From the IMG/VR virus record IMGVR_UViG_3300024955_000001, positions 1-64,000 of that record: a stretch of 64,000 nucleotides of DNA; one strand, written 5' to 3'. Shown one piece after another: positions 35,395-44,175 of the stretch. Below the pieces are notes generated by a model. The model worked only from the letters and a program-made list of their open reading frames with translations. It had not been told where the DNA came from and did no database searches. Position 1 is the first letter of the stretch, and each line of letters starts with the position of its first letter. A program made the translations under genes and the position numbers. This DNA comes from a virus.

Positions 35395-35685
35395 TTATGT
35401 GGACGGGCACATACGCCACAGCGGGGTCACGTTTGGGCGCTCGCGTTTGGCCATGCGCATGATGAAGGCCTTGGCCGCCACCAGCTTCACGCGCGGCTTG
35501 TCCTGGCTCGGGCTTGCCCGCTGCACTTCCACACTCATGCGGAAGCCATCGAGCACGAAGTCCCAGGCGCGGTGCACGGCGGCCACCACGTAGTCGCGAG
35601 AGGCAACGGCAGCCGAAACGAAGGCACCGGCTGCGGCTACGCAGGCAATGGCGGCGATGGCGAAAAGGCGAGAAGTGCGGGACAT
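35395..35685 (-). CDS. Small secreted/membrane protein, moron-like (motif upstream, terminator downstream)
   Basis: ORF 35395..35757 trimmed to ATG 35685 (AGGAG RBS). Signal-like N-terminus MSRTSRLFAIAAIACVAAAGAFVSAAVA. Confidence 0.6.
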   Translation of the reverse strand: MSRTSRLFAIAAIACVAAAGAFVSAAVASRDYVVAAVHRAWDFVLDGFRMSVEVQRASPSQDKPRVKLVAAKAFIMRMAKRERPNVTPLWRMCPST

Positions 35686-35779
35686 AGCTGGAACTCCTGT
35701 GATGGTGCCGTGGCTGCGGCGAAACCCTGACCGTTGCGGGTAGGGCCTCATGGTCAAGCCACGGCGCCGGATCGCTGCG

Positions 35780-35791
35780 CCCTATGCCGGG
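35780..35791 (-). repeat. Late-module motif copy 6 (coding strand CCCGGCATAGGG)
   Basis: The TAG inside the motif is the stop codon of gene 35782..36015. Lies 94 nt upstream of ATG 35685. Confidence 0.6.
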
Positions 35792-36015
35792 CGGCGACCA
35801 CAGATGCGCAGCGGGTACACATCCACAGTGACCTGCACATCGTTGTGGTCACGCACGTGGCAGATTGCGCGGCCTGGCTGAATGGTCCCTGCGCGGAAGT
35901 CCATGCGGTTGACCAGCTCCTGCAGCGCGTCATTGACGAATGGAGCGACGTGCGCCCCCTCGGTGCTACCGGTCACTGTCACGTCAATGCTCAGACGCAG
36001 TTCGGGGCCCATCAC
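35782..36015 (-). CDS. Hypothetical small protein
   Basis: 77-codon ORF overlapping the upstream stop. Confidence 0.55.
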   Translation of the reverse strand: MMGPELRLSIDVTVTGSTEGAHVAPFVNDALQELVNRMDFRAGTIQPGRAICHVRDHNDVQVTVDVYPLRICGRRPA

Positions 36016-36551
36016 TTTGCGCTCCCAGCCTTGCGGGCGGTCTTCGCAGCGGGCGTTACTTCCTTCTTGCCCGAAACGAGTGTCAGCACGGCGGGCGGTA
36101 CCGCGACGGTGATGATTTCCGAGTAGGAATGCTCCATGAAGCGCTCGTACACACAGACCATGAGGCCATCGTCATCCAGCCCGGCTGCCACCATGTCTTG
36201 CTTGCCGCCAACGATGCGCACGGGCTTGCCCACCAAATCCACAAACTGCTGCGCGTCCTGGTCGTTCACCTTGGCGAGAATGGAGCGCAGGGCACCAACT
36301 TCTTCTTTCAGCTCGGCTACGAATTGCAGAGAGCCCGCCTCTACGTTGGCTGCGTTGCGCTCCAGGTCATCAATACGACGCTCGACGCCTTTCACGCGCT
36401 CCGACAGGGCATCGGCAGACTTGATCGCACCCTGGTACGACTGAACCAGTCTGTCGCGCTCGCTGATGGCGCGACTCATGGCGGCATTGATGACGCTGTT
36501 CACCTTCTCCTCGATAGCTTCGAGGCTGGGCGTTTGTGGATTGGGTGGCAT
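36012..36551 (-). CDS. Hypothetical coiled-coil protein
   Basis: ORF 36012..36557 trimmed to ATG 36551 (AGGAG 5 nt upstream). Confidence 0.65.
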   Translation of the reverse strand: MPPNPQTPSLEAIEEKVNSVINAAMSRAISERDRLVQSYQGAIKSADALSERVKGVERRIDDLERNAANVEAGSLQFVAELKEEVGALRSILAKVNDQDAQQFVDLVGKPVRIVGGKQDMVAAGLDDDGLMVCVYERFMEHSYSEIITVAVPPAVLTLVSGKKEVTPAAKTARKAGSAK

Positions 36552-36608
36552 GAACACTCCTGGGTTGATGAGGGTTCGATGCTCAGTGCCACCCTAGGAA
36601 TGCCATAG

Positions 36609-36620
36609 CCCTATGCCGGT
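36609..36620 (-). repeat. Late-module motif copy 7 (coding strand ACCGGCATAGGG, one mismatch)
   Basis: Lies 5 nt after portal stop 36626 and 57 nt upstream of ATG 36551. Confidence 0.5.
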
Positions 36621-36625
36621 CGGAC

Positions 36626-38914
36626 TCACTGCGGCAGATTGTCGGCAAGGGCGGGTGTCTCGATCCCCTGCATGCCCTGCCCTGCCTCTTGTGGCACGGG
36701 CGGGAATTCCGGGCTGGTGTTCTCGCGCACGGCTGGCGCACCCTGCGCCTCGGCCTCTGGCGAAGCCGCAGCACCGCCACCGCCCTGGATGTATGGGCTC
36801 TTGATGTTCATGGCGGCCGTAACGTCCGGGGTAGGGAAATTCGGGTCCACGCCACCGGGGTTGGGCGGCTGGTATCCAGCGCCCTGCATCACCTTGTCCG
36901 CTATGGGCGCGATCATTGGCATCTGCGCCACTTGCGCTCCTGCTTGCATAGCAGAGAACGCAGCTTGCACGCCGGTTTGCACCGCTTGGGCCATCAGCTG
37001 CTTAATGCGCGCATCGCTCTCGGCCTCCTTCATGGCCACCTCGCGCTCCTTGAGGTCGTGCATCAGCTCCTGCTTGACCTGGTTACGGATGGCCTCGGGA
37101 TCGGCTTGGCCCTGGGCGTTGCGGATGGCCTCCACCACTTCCTTCTTGCGGGGCAAGTCCATCAGGTCGATCATGAACGGCATCACAACCTGCTGGATCT
37201 CGGGCGTGGCGGCCTTGATCGACTCGGACAGCGCGTTGAGCTGCTGGGCGCGGAAGCTGGAGGAGCTGGGCACATCCTCCAATGCAACCTTGAGGCGCGT
37301 GCGCTGTACGTCATTGCTCAGGAGCACGATGTTGGTGTGCGGGTCCACCTCGGGGCTGTTGAGCACCACCGTGCGCGGTGGGTTGAGCACGTCGCCCTCG
37401 ATCACCACCACCGTTTCCTCCTTGCCGATGTCTTCAATGATGAGGGCCGTCAGCATTTCGCCCACCAGCGCACGGGAGTCCTTGAAGTTGTCCATGAGGT
37501 CGGCCAGCGACACCTGGGACTGCTCCACCTGGGTCTGCTCCTGCACGCCGCTGGTGGCCGTGCCTTGCTGGCCCTGGAACGACGGTGTGACGCCCGACAC
37601 ACCAGCAGCAGCCGCGCGCGAGTCCTGCATGAGCTGGAAGTGCTGCGCGTTGAGCTGGAAGTCGCGGTTGCGCTCGAACTTCGCCCCTGGCTGCCCCATG
37701 TGGTCGGCGTCGAGCACAAAGTCTGCATCCACCCGGGATGCCATCTGCCGGAATTGCGCATCCGGCATTTTCACGGCGCCCTTGGTGCGGATCGTCTCCA
37801 CCGCCGACATGCCCCAGCGCAGCTTGGAAATCGTGCTGTTGAGGTTGTCCTGCGGGAAAAGCATGTCGCGCACCAGCCCGAAGGGGATGCCGGTCAGGTC
37901 TTCCTGGGCGGCGATGACGCGCACATAGGGGAAGTGCGGATGTGGGTACGGGCTCGGGCCATCGAACAGGCAATGCGGGCCCATCCAGTAGCTGCGGCGC
38001 ACCACGGGCAGCAGTTCCTCCACCAGCTTGCCACGGCCCAGCGACAGGGCTGCTTGGTGCAGCTGATTGGCCGGGTCGTACTTCACCGCGCGCCCGTCCT
38101 TCATCTTGAGCATCACGGTCGTCACCCAGCGCCGGTACCACAGCTCCGTGATACAGACGGTCTTGTTTTCCTCGTTGTAGTAGGCGTCCTCCACCGTGGT
38201 CCACGCCCGGTGTGCCTCGGCGGCAGCGTGCAGGCCGGTGGACTGTCCGCCCTCCAGCTCCTGGATGCCGAACTCCGCGATCCACTTGTCCGCCCCGTTC
38301 ATGATGATCGTGGCGTGATCGCGGAACATGCGCGCGGCGCGGGTGCGGCTGATCCAGCGGCGGCGGAAGAGCCAGCGAGCGTCCGACAGATCGGGCTCGA
38401 TGGCCTTCATGTCCCACCAAATCTCGTTGCGGTGGATGTAGCGGCACTTGTAGGGGAACTCCAGCGAGTTGCTGGCGCGCGCAACCTCGACCCAGCCGAT
38501 GCCCACAGCGCAGGCAGGCTTGAACGCAGCCGACAACGCGCGATCCGCCTTGGAGTGGCGCTCGGCCTGGTTCAGCTTGAAGTTCAGCGCATCGGCCACG
38601 TCCTGGCCGCCCGGGTCGCCGTCCGGCGTCACGCGCCAGTCGGTGCGCGTCTTGGCCTCCATGCCGCACACGGCGCGGATGGCGGGGCCAATGATGTTTT
38701 CCTTGGCGGGCGGGATGCCCATGTCCTTCAGCTTGCGCAGCAGCTCAGTGCTCAGCTGGTTGCCATCGGCGTAGTCAGCCTCCTTGTCGGCCTGGGCGCG
38801 CCATGGCGGCTGGGCCAGGCTCTCGCGCACGATGGAGGCGAACTCATCACGGGTGATGGGCTCGTCCCGGCCGTCCTGCAGCTCGTAGTTTGTGAGGGGT
38901 TGGGTAGCGTTCAT
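36626..38914 (-). CDS. Portal protein
   Basis: ORF 36626..39100 trimmed to ATG 38914 (MNATQPLTNYELQDGRD..). 762 aa, directly after TerL. Confidence 0.8.
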   Translation of the reverse strand: MNATQPLTNYELQDGRDEPITRDEFASIVRESLAQPPWRAQADKEADYADGNQLSTELLRKLKDMGIPPAKENIIGPAIRAVCGMEAKTRTDWRVTPDGDPGGQDVADALNFKLNQAERHSKADRALSAAFKPACAVGIGWVEVARASNSLEFPYKCRYIHRNEIWWDMKAIEPDLSDARWLFRRRWISRTRAARMFRDHATIIMNGADKWIAEFGIQELEGGQSTGLHAAAEAHRAWTTVEDAYYNEENKTVCITELWYRRWVTTVMLKMKDGRAVKYDPANQLHQAALSLGRGKLVEELLPVVRRSYWMGPHCLFDGPSPYPHPHFPYVRVIAAQEDLTGIPFGLVRDMLFPQDNLNSTISKLRWGMSAVETIRTKGAVKMPDAQFRQMASRVDADFVLDADHMGQPGAKFERNRDFQLNAQHFQLMQDSRAAAAGVSGVTPSFQGQQGTATSGVQEQTQVEQSQVSLADLMDNFKDSRALVGEMLTALIIEDIGKEETVVVIEGDVLNPPRTVVLNSPEVDPHTNIVLLSNDVQRTRLKVALEDVPSSSSFRAQQLNALSESIKAATPEIQQVVMPFMIDLMDLPRKKEVVEAIRNAQGQADPEAIRNQVKQELMHDLKEREVAMKEAESDARIKQLMAQAVQTGVQAAFSAMQAGAQVAQMPMIAPIADKVMQGAGYQPPNPGGVDPNFPTPDVTAAMNIKSPYIQGGGGAAASPEAEAQGAPAVRENTSPEFPPVPQEAGQGMQGIETPALADNLPQ

Positions 38915-38924
38915 GGTCGTCGCC

Positions 38925-40664
38925 TCATGTGCGCCAGTCGGGTGCTGGCGGCATTTCAAATTCGTCATCGGTGCCGTATCCGTCTTCGGATGGCTGGTAC
39001 AGGCCGGACTCCTTGGCCTGGGCCCACTGGCGCAGGGCGTCAGCGCCCTCGGTGCAGCCGTTGGACTTGTCGGGTTCGTCCAGGAACTTGGCCAGGGCAT
39101 GGCTGTATTTCTTGCGATACCCGCGCAGGCGCTCCAGGCCGAACGCGCATGCGTCCTTGTCGAACCAGGCCCCGCGCATGTGCTTGCGCAGGGTGTTCAC
39201 GCCGGTGATGAGCTGGGTGACGCGCGGCACGATCACGAACTTGTGCCCCGGCATTAGCTGCTGAAGCTGCTGCTTGGTGCTGCGGTTCGTATCACCCAGA
39301 CGCTTGTGGTCCGCGTCGTGCGGCAGGTAGTGCTTGCCGAAGACATAGCCCAGGCTCTGCAGGTGCCGCACGTAGTGCCGCAGGTCTTCGTCGTGCTCTT
39401 CGTAGTAGTTGATGAACCGGTCCTCGCCGCGCAGCTGCTGGGCAAACCAGATGGCGCACCCGTCGCTGTTGCCGATGTCCCAGAACGTGTAAACGGGCAG
39501 GTCCAGCACTGGCACAGCGGTGATGCCGCCGCGCTTGGTCAGCTCGGTGATCGCCTTGGTGAGGTAGTGGCCCTCGGTGGACTGCTGGAAGGCCTCGCGC
39601 GGGGTTGAGGGGTACTCCTGCCACATGCGCTCTTCCCGCCCCGGGAAGTCGGCAGCCTGGGTCGCCGCGTACCAAGCCCGCTGTTCCATGTCCAGCGTGG
39701 TACCGGCCTCCACCTCGATGTCATCGAAGTATTTATGCAGGGCATCCGGCACCACCACCGCGCTCGCGTCCATGCGATAACTGGGCTCCTGCCACCACGC
39801 ATAGAAGTGGAAACGGTAGTCCCGCTCCGTGAGTCTCTGGTGGGCGTGGTGCAAGGCCTCGGCCCGCGTGCACAGCTCGTAGAACTCCCCGTTCGCCCCT
39901 TCGGCGGTGGACTCGATCACCAGGACGCCAGACAGCGGCACAGCCGGGATGGAGCCGGTCATCACCTCCTTGGCCTTGTGCGGGAACTTGGCGCAGATCT
40001 TCCCGAACTCGGACACGTGCAGCCGGTGGATCGTGCCGCCCCGCACGCTGGTGGCCACGCGCATGCTGCTGTTGTTGTGCGCGAAGCGGATTTCCTTCGT
40101 GCTCGCGCGGGCCAGGGGGAAGCGCTCGCGGATTTCCTCCGGCAGGTGGTCGTAGGCAAAGATCACCTTGTCCCGGAAGATGGATTCAGCCGTCTCCCGG
40201 TCCTGGGCGATCATCCCGCAGCGCTTATTCCCATTGAACAGGGCCTCATCCAGCCACAGGATGGCAATCAGGGTCGTGAAGCCCAGTTGGCGGGCCTTGA
40301 GGATGATGTTGCGGTGCCACAGGCGCTTGATGAATCGGCGCTGCGCACGATTGGGGATGAACGGCTTGACGAACGACTCGCCCTCGTCAATGACCTCGCC
40401 CTTCTCGTTCTTTACCGGGTCGCCCTTGACGATGATCTGGTACAGCGCACCACTGAACAGGCGCCACTCCGGGTCGGCAAGGCAGCGCTCCAGCTCTTCC
40501 GCGTCGGCGGGCATGCGCACCGCTGGTTGCACGCGCACGCGCTTGAGGTCGCGCGGCTCGTGCGGCCAAATCTTGGTGTCCAGGCTAGACGCCTCATCGC
40601 CTGGGCCTGCAACCCATACGTTGTCGTCCTCTTCCTCGCGCTGAACCTGGGGAGCCTTTGCCAT
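38925..40664 (-). CDS. terL: Terminase large subunit
   Basis: ORF 38925..40865 trimmed to ATG 40664. ATPase and nuclease regions (ILKARQLGFTTL.., VIESTAEG..). Confidence 0.88.
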   Translation of the reverse strand: MAKAPQVQREEEDDNVWVAGPGDEASSLDTKIWPHEPRDLKRVRVQPAVRMPADAEELERCLADPEWRLFSGALYQIIVKGDPVKNEKGEVIDEGESFVKPFIPNRAQRRFIKRLWHRNIILKARQLGFTTLIAILWLDEALFNGNKRCGMIAQDRETAESIFRDKVIFAYDHLPEEIRERFPLARASTKEIRFAHNNSSMRVATSVRGGTIHRLHVSEFGKICAKFPHKAKEVMTGSIPAVPLSGVLVIESTAEGANGEFYELCTRAEALHHAHQRLTERDYRFHFYAWWQEPSYRMDASAVVVPDALHKYFDDIEVEAGTTLDMEQRAWYAATQAADFPGREERMWQEYPSTPREAFQQSTEGHYLTKAITELTKRGGITAVPVLDLPVYTFWDIGNSDGCAIWFAQQLRGEDRFINYYEEHDEDLRHYVRHLQSLGYVFGKHYLPHDADHKRLGDTNRSTKQQLQQLMPGHKFVIVPRVTQLITGVNTLRKHMRGAWFDKDACAFGLERLRGYRKKYSHALAKFLDEPDKSNGCTEGADALRQWAQAKESGLYQPSEDGYGTDDEFEMPPAPDWRT

Positions 40665-40665
40665 G

Positions 40666-41673
40666 TCAGCTCCCGTCGTCGGGCTCGTCGGGCTCGTCGG
40701 GCCGCATAGGCATGCTGGACGCTGGGCGCTCAGGGTCATCCGCAACGGGCTTGAACCCATTGCCACTGCCCGATGCAATGCGCTGCAGCAGGGATGCGAG
40801 CGGATCGGTCTTCTGGTCGTTGTCCTTCTCGTAGAGGCCCAGATGGCGGAAGAGCTTTTCCGCATAGGGCGACTTGTCGTGCGTCTTCACCTCGATGCCG
40901 AACTGCGTCTGCTTGGCTCCTGCGTAGAGCGCAGCGCCCTTCTCGCTCAGGTAGCGGGTGTCCTTGAGCACCACGCGCGCATGGCCGTCGCCGCCGCACT
41001 CGGGGCACTCGGCGTGTGGGGCGCGCAGGGGGTTGAATCCGATGCCGCCTTGCTCATCGAACTCGGCGGGGTTGTTGCCCTTCTCCACCCACTTCTCGCG
41101 GTCGCGGTTCATTTCGCCCACGGTGCGCTGCCACTTGTGGCCCTCGCCGTAGCAGCAGCGGCAGCAGCCGGTTTTGAGCTCCACCAGCTCGCGGGTGTCA
41201 GCCGTGACGATGTTCCACGCCTCACGCAGGACGCCATCGGCGGTGATCTGGGTGCGCTCCTGCTGCTCCTTGCGGGCGGCGTTCAGGGCGCGCTGGATAC
41301 TAAGTTTTGCTAAGAGCTGGGAGCCCTGCTCATTGGCCGTGTGCGGGCTGTACCCGGCACGAATGGCGGCCTGGGTGGCGTTCATGTCCACCATGTACTC
41401 ATCGACAAAGCGCTGCTGCTTGTCGGTCAGTACGGTTTCGGTGGGGGTGATGGTGGGCGCCGGTTCCGGCTGGGGTGTGGCTTGCGCCTTGGCCTTCGCC
41501 TTCGGAGGTGGTGGTGCCTTGGCGGGTTTGGCGCTTGCTGCGGGCGCCTTCTTGGCCGGTGCTGCCTTGCGCGCAGGCGTGACTGAGCCTGCGGCCTTCT
41601 TGGGGGCTGCAGGCTTGGTGGGGGTCTTCTTACTGGGGGGTGCGGACTTCTTGCCCGCTGGGGGTTTGGCCAT
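40666..41673 (-). CDS. terS: Terminase small subunit with a Lys/Ala/Pro-rich histone-H1-like N-terminal extension and a Cys4 insert
   Basis: LTDKQQRFVDEYMVDMNATQAAIRAGYSPHTANEQGSQLL is the Terminase_2-type HTH. Residues 1-75 are KPAA/KKAP low complexity. Cys4 insert reads CCRCC..CPEC. Confidence 0.8.
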   Translation of the reverse strand: MAKPPAGKKSAPPSKKTPTKPAAPKKAAGSVTPARKAAPAKKAPAASAKPAKAPPPPKAKAKAQATPQPEPAPTITPTETVLTDKQQRFVDEYMVDMNATQAAIRAGYSPHTANEQGSQLLAKLSIQRALNAARKEQQERTQITADGVLREAWNIVTADTRELVELKTGCCRCCYGEGHKWQRTVGEMNRDREKWVEKGNNPAEFDEQGGIGFNPLRAPHAECPECGGDGHARVVLKDTRYLSEKGAALYAGAKQTQFGIEVKTHDKSPYAEKLFRHLGLYEKDNDQKTDPLASLLQRIASGSGNGFKPVADDPERPASSMPMRPDEPDEPDDGS

Positions 41674-41710
41674 GCCCGGGAGTCTTCCGGGGCATGGGGG
41701 ATTGGCCTAA

Positions 41711-41722
41711 CCCTATGCTGGG
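41711..41722 (-). repeat. Late-module motif copy 8 (coding strand CCCAGCATAGGG)
   Basis: Lies 37 nt upstream of terS ATG 41673. Confidence 0.6.
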
Positions 41723-41754
41723 CCGCGCAGTGGGCGGCCTGGGGGTGGTGTGGG

Positions 41755-41940
41755 TTACTGGTCTGGTAGCTCGTCCAGCTTGGTACGCACCCACTCGGCG
41801 CCGCCCAGGGCTTTGAGCTTTGCCTTGTGCGCTGGGCTCAGGCGTAGTGGCACAACAACCTTGAGCTCTTCGGCGGGCTTGGGCTTTCGGCCCTGGCCTC
41901 GGTCGTTGGGTGGGCGCTTGGGTTTGCTCTCGGTCGTCAT
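41755..41940 (-). CDS. Small basic protein, possible DNA-binding
   Basis: 61 codons, Lys/Arg/Pro-rich N-terminus. Confidence 0.5.
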   Translation of the reverse strand: MTTESKPKRPPNDRGQGRKPKPAEELKVVVPLRLSPAHKAKLKALGGAEWVRTKLDELPDQ

Positions 41941-41964
41941 GGGCGCAATCCTACTGGGTGGCAG

Positions 41965-42462
41965 TCATTCCTGGATGGGCGTGGCGCTCCACACCACGGC
42001 GCCGATGAAGATTTCGGCGCTGTACGGATCATCTGGGTCCACGTTGCGGATGGCGCGCAACTCGGTCTTGAACCCCTCGGCGGCTTGGTCGTGGTTCTCG
42101 GCGGTCAGCAGCAACAGGGTGTCCTCATCGTCGCCGCGCAGGCGGCCGGTCACGGCGTAGTGGCGCTGGCCGGTGGGTTGGGCTTGCTCCAGGGTGCGCT
42201 CGGCTCTATCGGCGCGGTCCTGCTCGCTCTGGAATGCGGCCAGCATGCCCGGCCCAGTCTCCAGGGCTTCGGTGCTGATTCCCTCGCAAGCGTTCCAGCA
42301 CGCGGCCAAGCGGCGCAGGTTGGCCTGCTGGCGGGCTTCCATCTGTCTGCCGTTCACCAGCATGCTCATGAACCACTCGCCCTGGTCGTCCAGCAGGGTG
42401 TAGCTGTTGGCATTGCCGTTGGCGCGATGCGTGAGGCGTGTGGATGTGTGGGTGATGGTCAT
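41965..42462 (-). CDS. Hypothetical protein
   Basis: ORF 41965..42486 trimmed to ATG 42462 (GGAG 8 nt upstream). Confidence 0.6.
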   Translation of the reverse strand: MTITHTSTRLTHRANGNANSYTLLDDQGEWFMSMLVNGRQMEARQQANLRRLAACWNACEGISTEALETGPGMLAAFQSEQDRADRAERTLEQAQPTGQRHYAVTGRLRGDDEDTLLLLTAENHDQAAEGFKTELRAIRNVDPDDPYSAEIFIGAVVWSATPIQE

Positions 42463-42466
42463 GGTG

Positions 42467-42781
42467 TCAAGCTCCAATGGCGTCAAGGTGGGCGCGCAGC
42501 TCGTCGGCCAGTTTGTCCCGGCCTTGCTGGTCCCCGGTGGTCATGGCGTTGCGGGCCTTGGGGTCCAACATGATGTTCTCCAGGGCAGCACAGGCCACGC
42601 TCGCAAGATCAAGCGTCTTGGTCACGGCGGCGATTTCCTGCTCGATGCGGGACCGCTCCAGCTCGGCGGATTCCAGGTCTTCCTGGGTGTAAAAGTTGTG
42701 CCGGTCATCGCGGATGTTCTGGATGCGCTCCGCGATCTGCTCGCGGGCGGCGTTGAACAGGTTTGAGAAGTCGATAGGCAT
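42467..42781 (-). CDS. Hypothetical protein
   Basis: ORF 42467..42796 trimmed to ATG 42781 (GAAGGAG RBS). Confidence 0.6.
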   Translation of the reverse strand: MPIDFSNLFNAAREQIAERIQNIRDDRHNFYTQEDLESAELERSRIEQEIAAVTKTLDLASVACAALENIMLDPKARNAMTTGDQQGRDKLADELRAHLDAIGA

Positions 42782-42792
42782 GGCGGGCTCCT

Positions 42793-43056
42793 TCACTCCG
42801 CGGCTGCGTCGAGATCATCGGTGTCCAGGTCGGTGAACTCGGTGATACCGCTGATGATGTTTTCCATGAGGTCGATGGCGGCTTGGGCCTTCTGACCCTT
42901 CTCCCCCTCCTGCAGGCTCTCTGGCATGTTGTCCAGGTAGTCCTGTTCCTCGTTGAGAACATCCTGCAGGTCGGTCATGAGCGTGCTGGCTTGATCCTGC
43001 AGCTCGCTCATGCGGTCGCGCAGCTCGGCCAGTTTGGTGCGGCGTTGTTTGTTCAT
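42793..43056 (-). CDS. Hypothetical acidic coiled-coil protein
   Basis: 87-codon ORF with overlapping stop and start. Confidence 0.6.
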   Translation of the reverse strand: MNKQRRTKLAELRDRMSELQDQASTLMTDLQDVLNEEQDYLDNMPESLQEGEKGQKAQAAIDLMENIISGITEFTDLDTDDLDAAAE

Positions 43057-43376
43057 GCTGCGGCGCCTTCCTTGGCCGCGTAGTGGGCGCGCGCGGCGGC
43101 CAGGGTTTCCTCGATCTTGCTCAGGGCCAACTGGTGCAGCTCGCGCACCGTCTTTTCAGTGCAGCGCGCGCCCTTGTAGACCGTGCGGGCGCTGTAGTCG
43201 CCAAACATATCCCAGGTCAGGAACCCGTCTTTGTTGTCGGTGTTGACCACTGCGCGCGTGACCATTCCGCCATTCGTCTTGCCAGTGCTCACGATCAGCA
43301 CGCGGTTTGCCGCTCCCATTTCGATAGCGGTCTTTGCTTCCCAGCCGTCGCGGCCCTTGCCAATTTGCATTTCCAT
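43053..43376 (-). CDS. Hypothetical protein, first gene after the late-promoter candidate
   Basis: ORF 43053..43385 trimmed to ATG 43376 (AAGGAG 8 nt upstream). Confidence 0.6.
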   Translation of the reverse strand: MEMQIGKGRDGWEAKTAIEMGAANRVLIVSTGKTNGGMVTRAVVNTDNKDGFLTWDMFGDYSARTVYKGARCTEKTVRELHQLALSKIEETLAAARAHYAAKEGAAA

Positions 43377-43407
43377 TTCAATCACTCCTTGGGGTTGGTG
43401 TGATTGA

Positions 43408-43437
43408 ATTATGTATTACCCAAATCAACTCAGTCAA
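43408..43437 (-). promoter_or_regulatory. Sigma70-like promoter candidate for the late region (TTGACT-18-CATAAT)
   Basis: -35 at 43432-43437 and -10 at 43408-43413 (minus strand), in the only AT-rich gap of this region. Confidence 0.5.
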
Positions 43438-43458
43438 CTGTTTTCCGTATTTCTTTTT

Positions 43459-44175
43459 TCAAACGCTCGCACGCGGCGCTTGGGAGAACAGATCAGCATG
43501 GCGCTCCACAAACCGGCGCAGGAACTCTAGGCCCCGCCCGGTCACGCGCGCCACGCGGCTGAGCTGGCGCCCGCGCGTGTTCGTGTCGAAGGTGTGCAGC
43601 GATTCCTTGAAGTAGCCTTGGGCCACGTAGCGCGCGGCCGGGGCGTTGTCGGGCAGGATCACGCCCTTCTGGCGCAAAGCCTTCTCCAGCTTGCGCACGG
43701 GCACGCCGATGGTTTTGGCCGCGTCACGGACCAGCACCGTGCCGTCCGAGTTCAGCATGGCGTCGGCGTACACCACCTTCGGGCGGGCTGCCTCCAGCGC
43801 GGCCTGCTGCAGTTCAATCTGCTCCTGCTGCTCGGCAGCCAGGCGCAGGGCCTGGGCGAAGGTCTTGGGGACGCCCTGCCCATCCTCCAGCTCCTGCCAG
43901 CGAGCAATGATGCGGCTGCGCAGCTGCAGGCTGTAGCCGGACACCAGCACCAGCGTTTCGTGCTTGGGCAGCGCCAGGATGGGGTAAAGCTGTCCGTTCT
44001 GGATGTCACGGTGGGTCTGCTCAAATTTGAGCACCCCCCGGGGGCCGTGAAGTTCCACCAGCATGGCGCGCGCATCGCGCAGCACGTTGCGGTGCTCCTT
44101 GCCCGTGAGCGCGGCGATCTCCCGCGTGCTCATCGTCAGTGGCTGGCCTGCGGCCATGGTCATCAGCGTGTTCAT
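43459..44175 (-). CDS. Rha-family regulator fused to a KilAC/ANT-type antirepressor domain
   Basis: N-terminus MSTREIAALTGKEHRNVLRDARAM. C-terminus KVVYADAMLNSDGTVLVRDAAK. Confidence 0.8.
   Translation of the reverse strand: MNTLMTMAAGQPLTMSTREIAALTGKEHRNVLRDARAMLVELHGPRGVLKFEQTHRDIQNGQLYPILALPKHETLVLVSGYSLQLRSRIIARWQELEDGQGVPKTFAQALRLAAEQQEQIELQQAALEAARPKVVYADAMLNSDGTVLVRDAAKTIGVPVRKLEKALRQKGVILPDNAPAARYVAQGYFKESLHTFDTNTRGRQLSRVARVTGRGLEFLRRFVERHADLFSQAPRASV

Noticed and set aside
4839-41722. The idea that the YATAGGG-ending motif is a T7-type single-subunit RNAP promoter, and that the giant protein hides an N4-like virion RNAP.
   Set aside because: Only 12 nt are conserved, with no -17 to -5 specificity region. 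I see no RNAP motifs in the giant protein or anywhere else in the window (T7-type A/B/C motifs such as RxxxKxxxxxxYG and HDS). The idea is kept only as a remote possibility inside the motif finding.
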